From Gemmatimonadales bacterium (GTDB taxonomy: Bacteria; Gemmatimonadota; Gemmatimonadetes; Gemmatimonadales; GWC2-71-9), in contig JBBCJC010000002.1 in assembly GCA_037189525.1 (NCBI GenBank), positions 960,001-1,024,000 on the forward strand: DNA of 64,000 bases. The letters are read 5' to 3'. The notes under the pieces are model-generated. The model worked only from the letters and a program-made list of their open reading frames with translations, was not told the origin of the DNA and did no database searches. Position 1 is the first letter of the stretch. The number at the start of each line of letters is the position of its first letter. This document shows positions 49,837 through 59,865 of this stretch, piece by piece. The translations under genes were made by a program, and so were the position numbers.

Positions 49837-49842
49837 GTACAA

Positions 49843-49871
49843 CGTATAAGCAAATACTTATGTGTTGTCAA
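49843..49871 (-). promoter_or_regulatory. ArsR operon promoter with operator palindrome
   Basis: Minus TTGACA-17 bp-TATACG; palindrome ATAAG-N6-CTTAT at 49846-49861. Confidence 0.7.
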
Positions 49872-50042
49872 TCTCGACCGGACCTCGGGTGCGACAACCA
49901 CGTTCCGGGCTCTGCTCCAGCCACCGAAGGCGCCTCGGCAACGATTGCGCTATCTCCCGTATCTCAATATTGATATGCCCGAAGCGCCTCGGCCGCCTCA
50001 CGAGTGGGTGTGCCGGTGGGCCTCTCCCAACGACGAGGATAC

Positions 50043-51161
50043 ATGTCGCGGTCTCTCCCGGTCGGAATCGGCGTTGTCGTGGTCGGTCTCCTCACGGGTG
50101 CGCTGCCGCAGTCTCTTGCTGCGCAGGATGCCGATCCGCCTCGGCGCGCCGATGCGTGGATTCGCGAACAGATGGCGGCGCGGAAAATCCCCGGCATGGC
50201 CGTCTCGGTGATCCGCGACGGGCAACTCGTCTTCGAACGGGCCTACGGTCTGGCCAACGTCGAGCATGAGGTTCCGGTGACGACCGCGACCCGATTCATC
50301 ATTGCGTCGACCACCAAGGCCTGGGCAGCTACCGCGATCATGATGCTGGTCGAACAGGGAAAGCTCCGGTTGGACCAGCCGGTCGGCGACCTGCTGCCCG
50401 AACTGCCGCTTGCGTGGCGAGCGGTGCCGGTCCGCCGCCTTCTCTCGCACACTTCGGGTCTGCCCGATGTGATCGAAAGCCCCAACACCGGGGTCGTGCT
50501 GGCGCACACCAGGGACTCGGCGCTCGCGCTCGCGGGGGCCAAGCCGCTCGACTTTCCCGTGGGGACCGAGTGGGCTTACAACCAGACCAACTTCGTCCTG
50601 CTCGGGATGATCATCGATCGCGTCACCGGCACGCCGTTCATGCCGTGGATCCTCGAGCACGTGGCCAGGCCGCTCGGTCTCGAGAGTGCGGTGTTCGGCG
50701 ATTCACGGGCCGTCATCCCGGGGCGGGCGACGCAGTACACTCGTTGGGCGCTGTCCGCGAAAGGACCGCCGGTCCAACTCGATTCGTTGCGGGTGGCCTC
50801 GTATCTCTACGAATCGTGGATGCACATGGCCGCGGGGCTCAACGTGACGGCATCCGATCTGGCCCGGTTCGGCGATGCGGTAGGGACGGGGCGTCTGATC
50901 AGCCCGGCGTTGCGCGACACGATGTGGACCGCGATCACGCTGGCGGATGGAACCGTTTTTCGTTTCAGCGGCACGTCCGGCATGGGCCTGGGCTGGGCGG
51001 TGGATGACGCGCCGAGCGGGAAAGTGGCCTCCATGTCGGGCGGGGCGGCCGCGTCACTGAGGGTGTATCCGGCCCGCAAGCTCACGGTGGCCGTGCTCAC
51101 CAACCTGCAGGGTTCCGGGCCGGAACAACTCTCACAGGGCGTGGCCGACTTTTTCAGGTAG
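50043..51161 (+). CDS. Exported serine hydrolase, beta-lactamase family
   Basis: STTK, LLSHTSG, YNQTNF; third motif appears as MSGG. Confidence 0.88.
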   Translation: MSRSLPVGIGVVVVGLLTGALPQSLAAQDADPPRRADAWIREQMAARKIPGMAVSVIRDGQLVFERAYGLANVEHEVPVTTATRFIIASTTKAWAATAIMMLVEQGKLRLDQPVGDLLPELPLAWRAVPVRRLLSHTSGLPDVIESPNTGVVLAHTRDSALALAGAKPLDFPVGTEWAYNQTNFVLLGMIIDRVTGTPFMPWILEHVARPLGLESAVFGDSRAVIPGRATQYTRWALSAKGPPVQLDSLRVASYLYESWMHMAAGLNVTASDLARFGDAVGTGRLISPALRDTMWTAITLADGTVFRFSGTSGMGLGWAVDDAPSGKVASMSGGAAASLRVYPARKLTVAVLTNLQGSGPEQLSQGVADFFR

Positions 51162-51168
51162 CAGCGGT

Positions 51169-51558
51169 TCAGCTGATCCGTTCGAGACGTCCCTTCCTCC
51201 GGATCAGGTTCTTATAGTCCCATTGCACTTCGCGTGACTCCGCCAACCAGCTGTTCAGCAGCTCGGCATCGATCTGGTCGGCGGCCGTAAAACGTGCTTC
51301 GGCCGCCTTGAAGGTCCCTTCGTTCGCGAGCCCCTTCGTCTTGAAGGATTGGCCGCTCCAGAACAGCAGCCTGACGCAGTGCTTGAGCTTGCTGTATCCG
51401 ACGATCGGGTTGCCGTCGAGGAACCAGACCGGATGCGCGTGCCAGATCTTGTTCTCGGCCTCCGGAAGCGCCGTGTCGATTGCCGTGGCCAGGCGGGTGC
51501 AGATGGCCCGGTCGGCCGGGGTCTGAGCCTCGTTGTATTTCCGGGTATCCGCGTGCAT
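51169..51558 (-). CDS. DUF1801 family protein
   Basis: ENKIWHAHPVWFLDGNPIVGYS, LLFWSGQSF, QWDYKNL. Confidence 0.88.
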   Translation of the reverse strand: MHADTRKYNEAQTPADRAICTRLATAIDTALPEAENKIWHAHPVWFLDGNPIVGYSKLKHCVRLLFWSGQSFKTKGLANEGTFKAAEARFTAADQIDAELLNSWLAESREVQWDYKNLIRRKGRLERIS

Positions 51559-51573
51559 CGCGGTCTCCTTGCC

Positions 51574-52095
51574 TCAGGCTGCCGGGGCGGGCTCCGCGTC
51601 TCCGCTCGGTCCGTAGATGTCGGGCACCTTGCTGCCGAGGGCGCGCAGGTGCGTCGATAGCTGGCCGCGGTGGTGGACACTGTGATTGTTGGCGAAGCCG
51701 ATCCAAGCTGCGCGGGACTTATTCATCATGCCGAAGAAGTCCACGTCGGCTGCTAGCTGCTCATCCGACAGGTTGCGCAGCTCGGCAATCTTGCTGGAGA
51801 TCGCTCCCTGGTAAAATCCGATGATGTCCTGGACCTTCTGGAAGGCCGCTTCGGCCTGTTTGACCTGCGCCGGATCGTAGTGGAAGACTCCCTTTTCGAT
51901 ACTCTCCAGGAACCAGAAGTCGGACGTCGCGATGTGGAGCACGAGGTCCCAGGCGGATCGCGATTTCGGATCAGGGCGATAGTCCCGGGTGTCGTCCTTC
52001 ACGGCGGCGAGGACGCGAACGGTTGCCGGGAGTTCGTTTTCCCAGAGCGTGATCATCGCTTCGGCAACGGCTCTGGCGTGCACTGGATTCGTCAT
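51574..52095 (-). CDS. DinB family protein
   Basis: YRPDPKSRSAWDLVLHI; HSVHHRGQLSTHLR; PDIYGPS. Confidence 0.9.
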   Translation of the reverse strand: MTNPVHARAVAEAMITLWENELPATVRVLAAVKDDTRDYRPDPKSRSAWDLVLHIATSDFWFLESIEKGVFHYDPAQVKQAEAAFQKVQDIIGFYQGAISSKIAELRNLSDEQLAADVDFFGMMNKSRAAWIGFANNHSVHHRGQLSTHLRALGSKVPDIYGPSGDAEPAPAA

Positions 52096-52206
52096 CGGAT
52101 GCTCCTGCTCTTTGCTGTTGGGATTGTCAACGAGACACCTGTCTCTCTGTGGACCCGTACGCAGCCGGCGGTCCGGCCGATGCTGCGAGGGTGTGCCGGC
52201 TCCGGT

Positions 52207-54027
52207 TCAGCGTGGTCCGCTCCCTCCGGATTCCGGTGGCCGCGCCGGCGGAAGCTGTGTGAAATCCGTGAACCCGCCGAAGACCGACTGCGCCGTGATG
52301 CTGGATTCGATCGCGAGCAGCAGGGCTTCGAGTTCCTCGGTGGCCTTGGCGAGCGCCCGCCGATAGATCCGGCGATACCAGGCGAGCATACCCGTGCCCA
52401 GGAGCGCTCCGGCGCCGACGGCCGGGGCCGCGGCAAGCAGGCCGAGCCCCAGGCCGAGCGCGCCTACCGCACCGCCGACGACCGTACCGACCGTTCCGGC
52501 CGTCCCCGAGAACCATACGTCCCATTTGAGATTTTTGCGAAGGCCGGCCCGGAGGTCGCCATAGACCGAGACCTCGGTTGCTGCGGTGGGTCCGCCGAGT
52601 AATCTGAGGGTCACGCTGAGCTGGGGCAGGGCAATCTGGCTCATGCGATACCGGAACGGGGTGTAGTTCACCGCGTTCTGGGTATCGGCGACCTCGATCA
52701 GCCGGACGTTGAAGATCATCACGCCACCGTCGACGGGATGCCCGCCTACCGTCTCACGAAACGAAAGGAAGAACGGAGAATTCGGAAAGACCCGGCCGAT
52801 CGCCTCCAGCACTTCGCGCGCCGTTGCCGGGATCGTTCGGGCGACCGAGACGCTCCTGGCGCGGGTGCCGAGCAGCGAGGTGTAGAGATGATCGCGCGAG
52901 TCGACACCGGCAGTGGTTGGCACCGGGGCCTTGACGCCCTGCTCGGCGATGGCGAGTGCCACGAACTCGGAGCCGATACCGGCTTCGATGGCGGCTGCCT
53001 CGACGTCCTTCAGCCGATAGCTGTCGGTGGGAACCTTGGTTTCCTGCTCCGGCGACGGAGATTGGTATCGTCGCTGGACTCGGGTCGCGGCTTCGGCCTG
53101 GAGCTCGGAGGCGCGCCGCCAGATTTCCTGCGCCTGTTCGGGCGAAACGACCGTCGTGGCAGGCGATCCGCCCCCGGGTTCACGCTCGGCCGCTTCCCAC
53201 GCAGCGGTCAGGGCTTCGGCCAGCGCCTCGCCAGTGGGGAATCGGTCGGCGGGTTTCTTGGCGAGGCATCGTTCGATCACTGCTGCGAGCTGGCGGGGAA
53301 CGCCGGGAGCCGCCGCCTGGAGCGGAGGAGCCTGCCGAGTTGCATGCTGCACCAGCACCGCGGACGCCTGTTCGGCCTCGAAGGGCAGCCGGCCGGTGAG
53401 GGCTTGCCATCCGATCACGCCTAACGCGTAGAGATCGCTCCGGCCGTCGAGCTGATCGCCCGCCGCTTGCTCCGGACTCATGTAGTGGACCGAGCCGAGA
53501 ATCCAGCCGTCCTGGGTCAGGTTGGTGGCCCGGGTGTCGCGGGCAATCCCGAAGTCCGTGACGATGACGCGGCCGGCGCCGCGCTCGATCATCAGATTTT
53601 CCGGTTTGACGTCGCGGTGAATCACCCCGCGGGCGTGGGCGTATGCGAGAGCCCAGGCGGCTTCCCGAAGGACCCGCACCACCTCGCCGGCGGGAACCCG
53701 GCCTAACGTCTGGATCCGTTCGGCAAACGACTCGCCGTCGACATACCCCATGCTGAAAAACGCCAGGCCGTCGATCTCGTCGGCGCGAAAGATCGGCACG
53801 ATGTTGGGATGGGACAGCTGAGCCGCCGTCCGGGCCTCGCGGAGGAACCGCTCCCGGATTTCCGCATTGTCGAGCGCCGGCGGGAGCACTTTGATGGCGA
53901 CCAGGCGATCCAGCCGCTGTTCCCGGGCGAGATAGACCACGCCCATGCCGCCGCGGCCAAGCTCGCGCTGGACCACATACTGGCCACCCAGCCGCTGGTC
54001 GATCATCGCACGGAGCTGGTCGGTCAC
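52207..54027 (-). CDS. Hanks-type Ser/Thr protein kinase with C-terminal membrane-associated domain
   Basis: LGRGGMGVVY, VAIK, HRDVKPEN, DFG, YMSPEQ; Gly-rich TM hairpin near the C-terminus. Confidence 0.93.
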   Translation of the reverse strand: MTDQLRAMIDQRLGGQYVVQRELGRGGMGVVYLAREQRLDRLVAIKVLPPALDNAEIRERFLREARTAAQLSHPNIVPIFRADEIDGLAFFSMGYVDGESFAERIQTLGRVPAGEVVRVLREAAWALAYAHARGVIHRDVKPENLMIERGAGRVIVTDFGIARDTRATNLTQDGWILGSVHYMSPEQAAGDQLDGRSDLYALGVIGWQALTGRLPFEAEQASAVLVQHATRQAPPLQAAAPGVPRQLAAVIERCLAKKPADRFPTGEALAEALTAAWEAAEREPGGGSPATTVVSPEQAQEIWRRASELQAEAATRVQRRYQSPSPEQETKVPTDSYRLKDVEAAAIEAGIGSEFVALAIAEQGVKAPVPTTAGVDSRDHLYTSLLGTRARSVSVARTIPATAREVLEAIGRVFPNSPFFLSFRETVGGHPVDGGVMIFNVRLIEVADTQNAVNYTPFRYRMSQIALPQLSVTLRLLGGPTAATEVSVYGDLRAGLRKNLKWDVWFSGTAGTVGTVVGGAVGALGLGLGLLAAAPAVGAGALLGTGMLAWYRRIYRRALAKATEELEALLLAIESSITAQSVFGGFTDFTQLPPARPPESGGSGPR

Positions 54028-54152
54028 GAGGCTGGTTCCCCCATTGAGGCACTATCGGACGCCGCGGCAGTATACAGCGGCGCGAGAGCGGTTGCCATCC
54101 CGGCCCAAATCCGCGGCGAGGAAGGGGTGGGGAACGAACCTCATTGCTCCAT

Positions 54153-54390
54153 TCAGTGTCGTCCTTCCGGCGGGGCCTGTCTGGTCAGCAACTCGTCGAA
54201 CCCGGTGATCGCCCCGAGTTCGCGAGTGACATCACCCGGGGTGGATAGCAGCACCAGCATCCGGCCATCCGCGCCTATCGTGTGGTTCCAGGCGAAGGTG
54301 CGGATGAACGGGCCTTCGGACACCAGACGGGGCCGGTTAGTCCGCAGTCGCCCCTCGGTATTGATGTCGACTTCGTAGAAACGGCGGCCG
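54153..54390 (-). pseudogene. C-terminal remnant of a TolB-like/PD40 beta-propeller protein
   Basis: Manual translation GRRFYEVDINTEGRLRTNRPRLVSEGPF...IGADGRMLVL...ELGAITGFDELLTRQAPPEGRH*; no in-frame start nearby. Confidence 0.55.
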
Positions 54391-54499
54391 GCCGCCCCCG
54401 CCCCCGGGCTTGCGGGACGTCGCCGGCCCGTTTCATATCCTGTCCGAGCACGCTCGCGCCGGGGCTGCCCGGACGCACCTTTTTCACGAAGGCTTTCCG

Positions 54500-55417
54500 A
54501 TGAAATCAGGCATGGTGGTGGCGGCGGCTGTCCTCCTCGCGTGGTCGGCCGCGCCTGCCGATGCGCAGCTGCTGAGCCGGCCGGTGCCGAACCGCGGCGT
54601 CGAGTCGTTCACCTTCCAGTCGCCGTCGATGGGGGTCCGGTTCTCCCTCAATGTGGGCATGCCGACGGGATACAAGCCGGGAGACGGGAAGAAGTATCCG
54701 GCGTTGATCGTGACGGACGGCGACTTCGTCTTCGGAAGCGTCTATGAGGCGGCTGGTACGCTGTCCGGCGTGATCGCGCCGCTGTTCGTGATCAGCATCG
54801 GGACGTCGTTGGAGGAGGGCGAGCAGGAGCACACCCGGCGGCGGATCTACGAGTTCTCGCCTCCGGGCTGGGATCGGAAGGACACCTTCGGAGAGTTGAT
54901 CACCCAGTTCTGCAAGAGTCTCCAGACTCCGGATGATCGATGCGCCGGCGGTGCGGGCAAGTTCCTCGAGGCCATTGCGACCGAGATGATTCCGCAACTC
55001 GCGGCCCAGTTCCCGATCGACACCGTGCAACTCGGTCTCTTCGGACTCTCGGCCGGCGGCTTCTTCACGTCGTGGGCCATCTTCCAGGACAATTCGCCGT
55101 TCAAGAATTACATCATCTCGAGTCCGGCCATGGCGTACGGGCACGGGGAAATTTTCCGGCAGGAGGCGCGCTATGCCCAGTCGCACAAGGACCTTCCGGT
55201 CGGGATCTACCTCGCGGCCGGGGTACTCGAGGCTACCGACCCGCAGCTCGAAGGGATCGGCGAGATCGTGAGCGGGATGTCACATTTGGCCGGGGTACTG
55301 GCGGGTCGGAAGTATCCCGGGCTCAAGCTGTCGATCGAGTTCCATCCGGGGATGGGGCACACCGACGTCATGGCCGCGTCGGTGGTGAGGGGGCTGCGCA
55401 CGCTCTACGCGAAGTAA
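54500..55417 (+). CDS. Exported alpha/beta hydrolase (IroE/BesA-like esterase)
   Basis: Signal peptide; KYPALIVTDG, GLSAGG (GxSxG), YIISSPA, C-terminal His. Confidence 0.85.
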   Translation: MKSGMVVAAAVLLAWSAAPADAQLLSRPVPNRGVESFTFQSPSMGVRFSLNVGMPTGYKPGDGKKYPALIVTDGDFVFGSVYEAAGTLSGVIAPLFVISIGTSLEEGEQEHTRRRIYEFSPPGWDRKDTFGELITQFCKSLQTPDDRCAGGAGKFLEAIATEMIPQLAAQFPIDTVQLGLFGLSAGGFFTSWAIFQDNSPFKNYIISSPAMAYGHGEIFRQEARYAQSHKDLPVGIYLAAGVLEATDPQLEGIGEIVSGMSHLAGVLAGRKYPGLKLSIEFHPGMGHTDVMAASVVRGLRTLYAK

Positions 55418-55641
55418 CGCGATCCACGGAGTGGCGTGCTCCAAGGTCGAGATTCATGCCGGCTCCTCCCGGAGGGCCGGAGTTTTCGGTCCGGCCGGCA
55501 TCTGTCGGTAGCGTTCGGCAATGCGCCTGAGCCGCTCGAAGAGCGGTATGAATCGCGGGTCGTCCATCACGCCCTGCCAGACGATGTGAGACTAGGGGCA
55601 AGGAGCCTGAAAGGAGCCGGAGCAAATGGTAGCTGCGCTCG

Positions 55642-56154
55642 TTACGGCAACTTTCCGAGACCTGATACAACGAGCTTTCGAAGGGGCTCGCGCAGGGCTT
55701 CCGATCTCTTCAACTCACCCGCGAGGATGACAGCGAAAATCGTCGGACCCGTGCGTACGACCCAGACGGCGCCTTCGTCGGACGATGAGCCCCAGAAGGC
55801 CTGGTCTCCGGGGCCTGGCACTGCCGCCAGCTGAAGACCTTCCGGGAAACTCTTGAGAAACTGCGCCGAACTGGCCAGGGCTTGCGTTGCTTCGGCGGTG
55901 GAGCGGAAGCGAAGGATCCGCGCCGCAAAATAGTTCTCACCTGCGAGCCATCCGCATGTCCACGTCGTGGCTCCCGGGAACTCTTTCGTGTCCGGACCAT
56001 CGGGCTGACCCTGTGCCGGCGACACGCCGGTTACCGAGGTAATCTCCGCCGCTGAGAAAAGCTGGCAAGGACGAGGGTCGGGCGACTGTGCCGCGATGGG
56101 CATAGCGCCATAGGCGATTGCCATGGCACCTAGAAGCATCGTGCGTGTTCGCAT
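55642..56154 (-). CDS. Exported hypothetical protein (DUF3558-like)
   Basis: Signal peptide; PCQLFSAAEITSVTG, TCGW, VPGPGDQAFW. Confidence 0.7.
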   Translation of the reverse strand: MRTRTMLLGAMAIAYGAMPIAAQSPDPRPCQLFSAAEITSVTGVSPAQGQPDGPDTKEFPGATTWTCGWLAGENYFAARILRFRSTAEATQALASSAQFLKSFPEGLQLAAVPGPGDQAFWGSSSDEGAVWVVRTGPTIFAVILAGELKRSEALREPLRKLVVSGLGKLP

Positions 56155-56424
56155 AGTCGTCTCCCTTCGGATGCCCGCCTGGTACAGGTTCCTCATGCGC
56201 AAATTCGTACTCCGGGTGCAACGCACGCGGTGATGGAATGCGGTAGCTCGTCACCCGCGGGCTCCGGCCCCGGTCATCGCCGAGGAACGGTACATCTCGG
56301 TTTCATCCTCGGCCAGGGGGCGCTACCCCTGTGACGATTGTCGGTCACGGCAGCACGATTGGGCATGGGGCCGCATCCCCGTTGCGTCGGTCGTCGGCGT
56401 GTGGCGCTGATGATAGATTGGGGC

Positions 56425-57894
56425 ATGACCACCACGATTCGCGCCGGCCTGACCGGCCCCCTGCTACTCCTCGCGATTGCTGCCTGCGCTCCGGCGCCTA
56501 CGTACGATATCGTTCTCTCGGGCGGCCGAGTGATGGATCCGGCTTCGGGACTCGACTCGGTCCTCAACGTCGGTATTCTGGGTGACAGTGTTGCGGCACT
56601 GTCGGCCACGCCGCTCGCGGGCAAGGAGGTCGTCGACGTTACCGGGCTGGTCGTCGCGCCCGGCTTCATCGATCTCCACGCGCATGGTCAGACTCAGGGC
56701 GACATGGAAATCCAGGCGCGCGACGGCGTCACCAGCGCGCTCGACATGGAAGCGGGTGTGTTTCCGGTCGCCAAGTGGTATGCCTCACGCGAGGGTAAGT
56801 CGCCGCTCAACTACGGCGGGACCGTGAGCCATCGAGGGGCGCGGTTCTTCGTGTTTCATGACGGGGTCGAGCCCCTGCATGGCGCGACCAACCCCAGGCC
56901 CATCAGCGCGCTGGGCCCGATGCCGGCAGGCGCCAATCAGGCGGCAAACGACGAGCAGATCCAGGCCATGGAGCGCCTGATCGATGAAGGGCTCGATCAG
57001 GGTGCCTTGGGTGTCGGTTTCGGGATCAACTATTCGCCGGCTGCCACGCCGGAAGAAATCACTCGGTTGTTCCGCGTTGCGGCTCGGCGGAAGATCCCGG
57101 TGTATGTCCATACTCGGGCGTTCGGCATCGGTCCGATTCGCGAGGCGATCACGACGGCCCGCGAAGCTGGCGCGTCACTGCACGTGGTGCACGTCGGCAG
57201 CAGCTCCCTGGGCGACTTGCCCGCCGCGCTGGCATTGATCGACTCCGCCAAAGCCGCCGGTCAGGACGTGACGACCGAGGTCTATCCCTACACCGCCGGG
57301 TCGACCTTGTTGCAGTCCGCCATGTTCAATCCCGGTTGGCAGGCCAATCTCCGGGTCGATTATCCGGACCTGGCGTGGGCGCTCACGGGCGAGCGGCTCA
57401 ATCGCGCGAGCTTCGAGCGGTACCGCAAGCAGGGCGGCTGGGTCGTGATCCACATGATGAAAGAAGAGAACATCGTCAAAGCCATCGGGCATCCGGGAGT
57501 GATGATCGCGAGTGACGGGGTGCCCTATGTGAACGGGACCGGTCATCCTCGCGGAGCGGGGACCTACGCGCGCATTCTCGGCCGCTACGTGCGCGAGCAG
57601 CAGGTGCTGACTTTGATGGACGCCCTGGGGCGGATGACCATCCTTCCGGCGCGGCGGCTCGAGCCGAGTGTGCCGATGATGGCGAGAAAGGGCCGGGTGC
57701 AGGTCGGCGCGGATGCGGACCTGACGATCTTCGATCCGGCTCGTGTGATCGATCGTTCGACCTTTACCGAGCCGGCGCTTCGGTCGGAGGGCATTCCTCA
57801 CGTGCTCGTGAACGGCACGTTCGTGGTTCGGAACGGAGAGAATGTGGCGGGCGCGGTGCCTGGCCGTCCGGTCCGCGCCCCGATCAAACCCTGA
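56425..57894 (+). CDS. N-acyl-D-amino-acid/D-glutamate deacylase-like amidohydrolase lipoprotein
   Basis: Lipobox AIAAC; PGFIDLHAH, IASDG, HPRGAGTYARILG. Confidence 0.88.
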   Translation: MTTTIRAGLTGPLLLLAIAACAPAPTYDIVLSGGRVMDPASGLDSVLNVGILGDSVAALSATPLAGKEVVDVTGLVVAPGFIDLHAHGQTQGDMEIQARDGVTSALDMEAGVFPVAKWYASREGKSPLNYGGTVSHRGARFFVFHDGVEPLHGATNPRPISALGPMPAGANQAANDEQIQAMERLIDEGLDQGALGVGFGINYSPAATPEEITRLFRVAARRKIPVYVHTRAFGIGPIREAITTAREAGASLHVVHVGSSSLGDLPAALALIDSAKAAGQDVTTEVYPYTAGSTLLQSAMFNPGWQANLRVDYPDLAWALTGERLNRASFERYRKQGGWVVIHMMKEENIVKAIGHPGVMIASDGVPYVNGTGHPRGAGTYARILGRYVREQQVLTLMDALGRMTILPARRLEPSVPMMARKGRVQVGADADLTIFDPARVIDRSTFTEPALRSEGIPHVLVNGTFVVRNGENVAGAVPGRPVRAPIKP

Positions 57895-57906
57895 AGCCGG
57901 CGTCGG

Positions 57907-58311
57907 CTACTCGTTGGTTTTCTGATCGAGATAGGCCTTGATCCTCGACCAGTACTGCTCGCGCCAAGCGCGTTCGGTCTCGGGGATCAGGTCCTTGGGC
58001 ACGCCGCGATGTGTCAGTACGAGTTCCGTGCCGCCGTCGGGCGTCGGTGTCAGCGTGACCGCTGCCATCGAAAAGATGCCTTCGGGAAAACGGCGGTGCC
58101 GCCAGGCCTGCACGATGCGCCGGCCGGGAACGAGATCGACGTTGACTCCGGAGACGTCATTCCCACTGGCGGAAAATGTTCCACCGATCTTGCGGCTGAT
58201 GGTCGCCTTCCGGCCGGTTACCGCCGAGTGTTTCCGCGAGTCAGCCAGCAGATCGTAGATGGTGGCGGGCGGGGCTTTGAGCTTCACGCGCTGCTTGATG
58301 GTCTTGCACAT
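57907..58311 (-). CDS. SRPBCC/AHSA1 domain protein
   Basis: APPATIYDLLADS, LVPGRRIVQAWR, TELVLTHRGVP, WREQYW. Confidence 0.88.
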   Translation of the reverse strand: MCKTIKQRVKLKAPPATIYDLLADSRKHSAVTGRKATISRKIGGTFSASGNDVSGVNVDLVPGRRIVQAWRHRRFPEGIFSMAAVTLTPTPDGGTELVLTHRGVPKDLIPETERAWREQYWSRIKAYLDQKTNE

Positions 58312-58402
58312 CGCTCGGTGTCCTTGGCTGCTCGGATCGAGTTGGCTCAGGGCGCGCGGCAGCCTTCGTCCCAGAGCTGCCCGTAGTGCTGCGCCGCGGT
58401 AC

Positions 58403-58843
58403 CTACCCCTTGCGGACGTGGAAGAAGGCGATGACATACCCGTCGGCATCGGCGACCTCGAAGCCCCACAGTCCGTCGTCGATGAACGATAGCTCCGTTA
58501 CGAATGATACGCCCCGCTCCTTGAACTCGGTAAAGAGGGTATCGGGGTCCAAGGTGTAGATGTACGCATCCCACCGGGCCCACGCATGCCGGCTGCGGTT
58601 CGGGCTCGGCAGGACGTCAGGGTTGATCACCTTGAGCATGATGCCGGCCCCCTCGCGACTCACCTTGCAATAGTAGGAATCTCCTTCCGGTCGCTTGAAG
58701 TCGAGTTTGAAGCCCATGCGTTCGATGTAGTAGGAGACCGATGCGTCGAGATCCTTCACGATGAAGAACGGAGTGATCGAGACGAGATTTGGCGCGGCTG
58801 TTCCCGATGCAGCGTGCTGGGAGCCGATTTTGGTGGAACTCAT
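58403..58843 (-). CDS. VOC family protein
   Basis: ITPFFIVKDLDASVSYYIERMGF; FEVADADGYVIAF. Confidence 0.85.
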   Translation of the reverse strand: MSSTKIGSQHAASGTAAPNLVSITPFFIVKDLDASVSYYIERMGFKLDFKRPEGDSYYCKVSREGAGIMLKVINPDVLPSPNRSRHAWARWDAYIYTLDPDTLFTEFKERGVSFVTELSFIDDGLWGFEVADADGYVIAFFHVRKG

Positions 58844-58975
58844 ATCGTGTCTCTCCGCGTTGGACGGCTCAGGTTGGACTCAGTCCCAAAATACCGTCGA
58901 CGTTGTTAGCCCGCGAGGCGGGGCCGCGGCGTTGGATGGGAGCTTGCCCGACTGGCCGCTGTAACGGTAACCCAG

Positions 58976-59752
58976 CTATCGCCAGAGGTCGCCGATCGAG
59001 CGAACTCCGGGAACCAAGGCCTGCAGGGCATAGCCGCCGATCGCGAGGCTAACGAGAATGGCAGCGAATGGTTTCCAGGACCGGCGCACTACACCGGCCA
59101 ACCAATGCTGAGGCGATAGCTGTCGCAGGTGACGGTAGGCCCACGCCGCTATGATACCGTCCAGTAGTACTTCTGCAAGAAGCGAAGGTGCTCCGAGCAC
59201 AATGGCGAAGGAGCCGAAGAGGCCGGCGAACACGAAGCCAAGGAGGACGATGGGAACGACGATGACTGCCAAGGACTCATCCAAGTCGACGACATCTATG
59301 AGGTCGATCGAGTCGGAGTCCGCCGGTTCCATGGGAGACACCGGGGACGGAGCATTGATCGAGCTGCCGGCTCCACTCCCTGAGAACTCACCACCGCCAC
59401 CGAACGTGAATGACGGCTCAGCTGGCGCGGAATCGGGAGCGAGACCGGAAGGGTCGATGTGATCCAGCCAACGTGAGCGCTCCCGCTGGGCCTGTCCCAG
59501 CCGCCGCGTCAACCAGATCTTGATGCCAAGCAGGAATGCGAGATAGCCTGCGCAGGCCGCCAGGGTGTACCGTAACGCCATCGAGCCTACGCCGAGGCTC
59601 AGCAGTCCAGCGGACAGGAGGAACCCTGCAGTGCCGGCGCCCAATACGACGCCGAGCATCGCTATTCGCGGGCTTCCATCACCCTCCAGGCGTTTAGCAA
59701 GCGCGGCGATTGCTCTTTGCCGCCTTTTACGGCGTATACCTTTACCCGGCAT
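58976..59752 (-). CDS. Hypothetical membrane protein (cassette gene)
   Basis: Several TM segments; starts 22 bp after the attC GTTAGGC. Confidence 0.75.
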   Translation of the reverse strand: MPGKGIRRKRRQRAIAALAKRLEGDGSPRIAMLGVVLGAGTAGFLLSAGLLSLGVGSMALRYTLAACAGYLAFLLGIKIWLTRRLGQAQRERSRWLDHIDPSGLAPDSAPAEPSFTFGGGGEFSGSGAGSSINAPSPVSPMEPADSDSIDLIDVVDLDESLAVIVVPIVLLGFVFAGLFGSFAIVLGAPSLLAEVLLDGIIAAWAYRHLRQLSPQHWLAGVVRRSWKPFAAILVSLAIGGYALQALVPGVRSIGDLWR

Positions 59753-59774
59753 AGAAGAATCGATGCATTGGATT

Positions 59775-59846
59775 GCCTAACGGTTATCGCTGACTGCAAA
59801 CAGGCATCGCAGTGATGCGTATGTCAGGCTGCATTGTTGGTTAGGC
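59775..59846 (-). other. attC site
   Basis: Minus GCCTAAC-caacaa-TGCAGCCTGAC...GCAGTCAGCG-ataacc-GTTAGGC, 72 bp, complementary R boxes. Confidence 0.82.
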
Positions 59847-59865
59847 GGGGTCTGCACGATGCCGG

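Noticed and set aside
58844..58975. GGCTAAC after the last cassette gene as an attC
   Set aside because: Non-consensus R'' with no L boxes or R'; at most a truncated remnant
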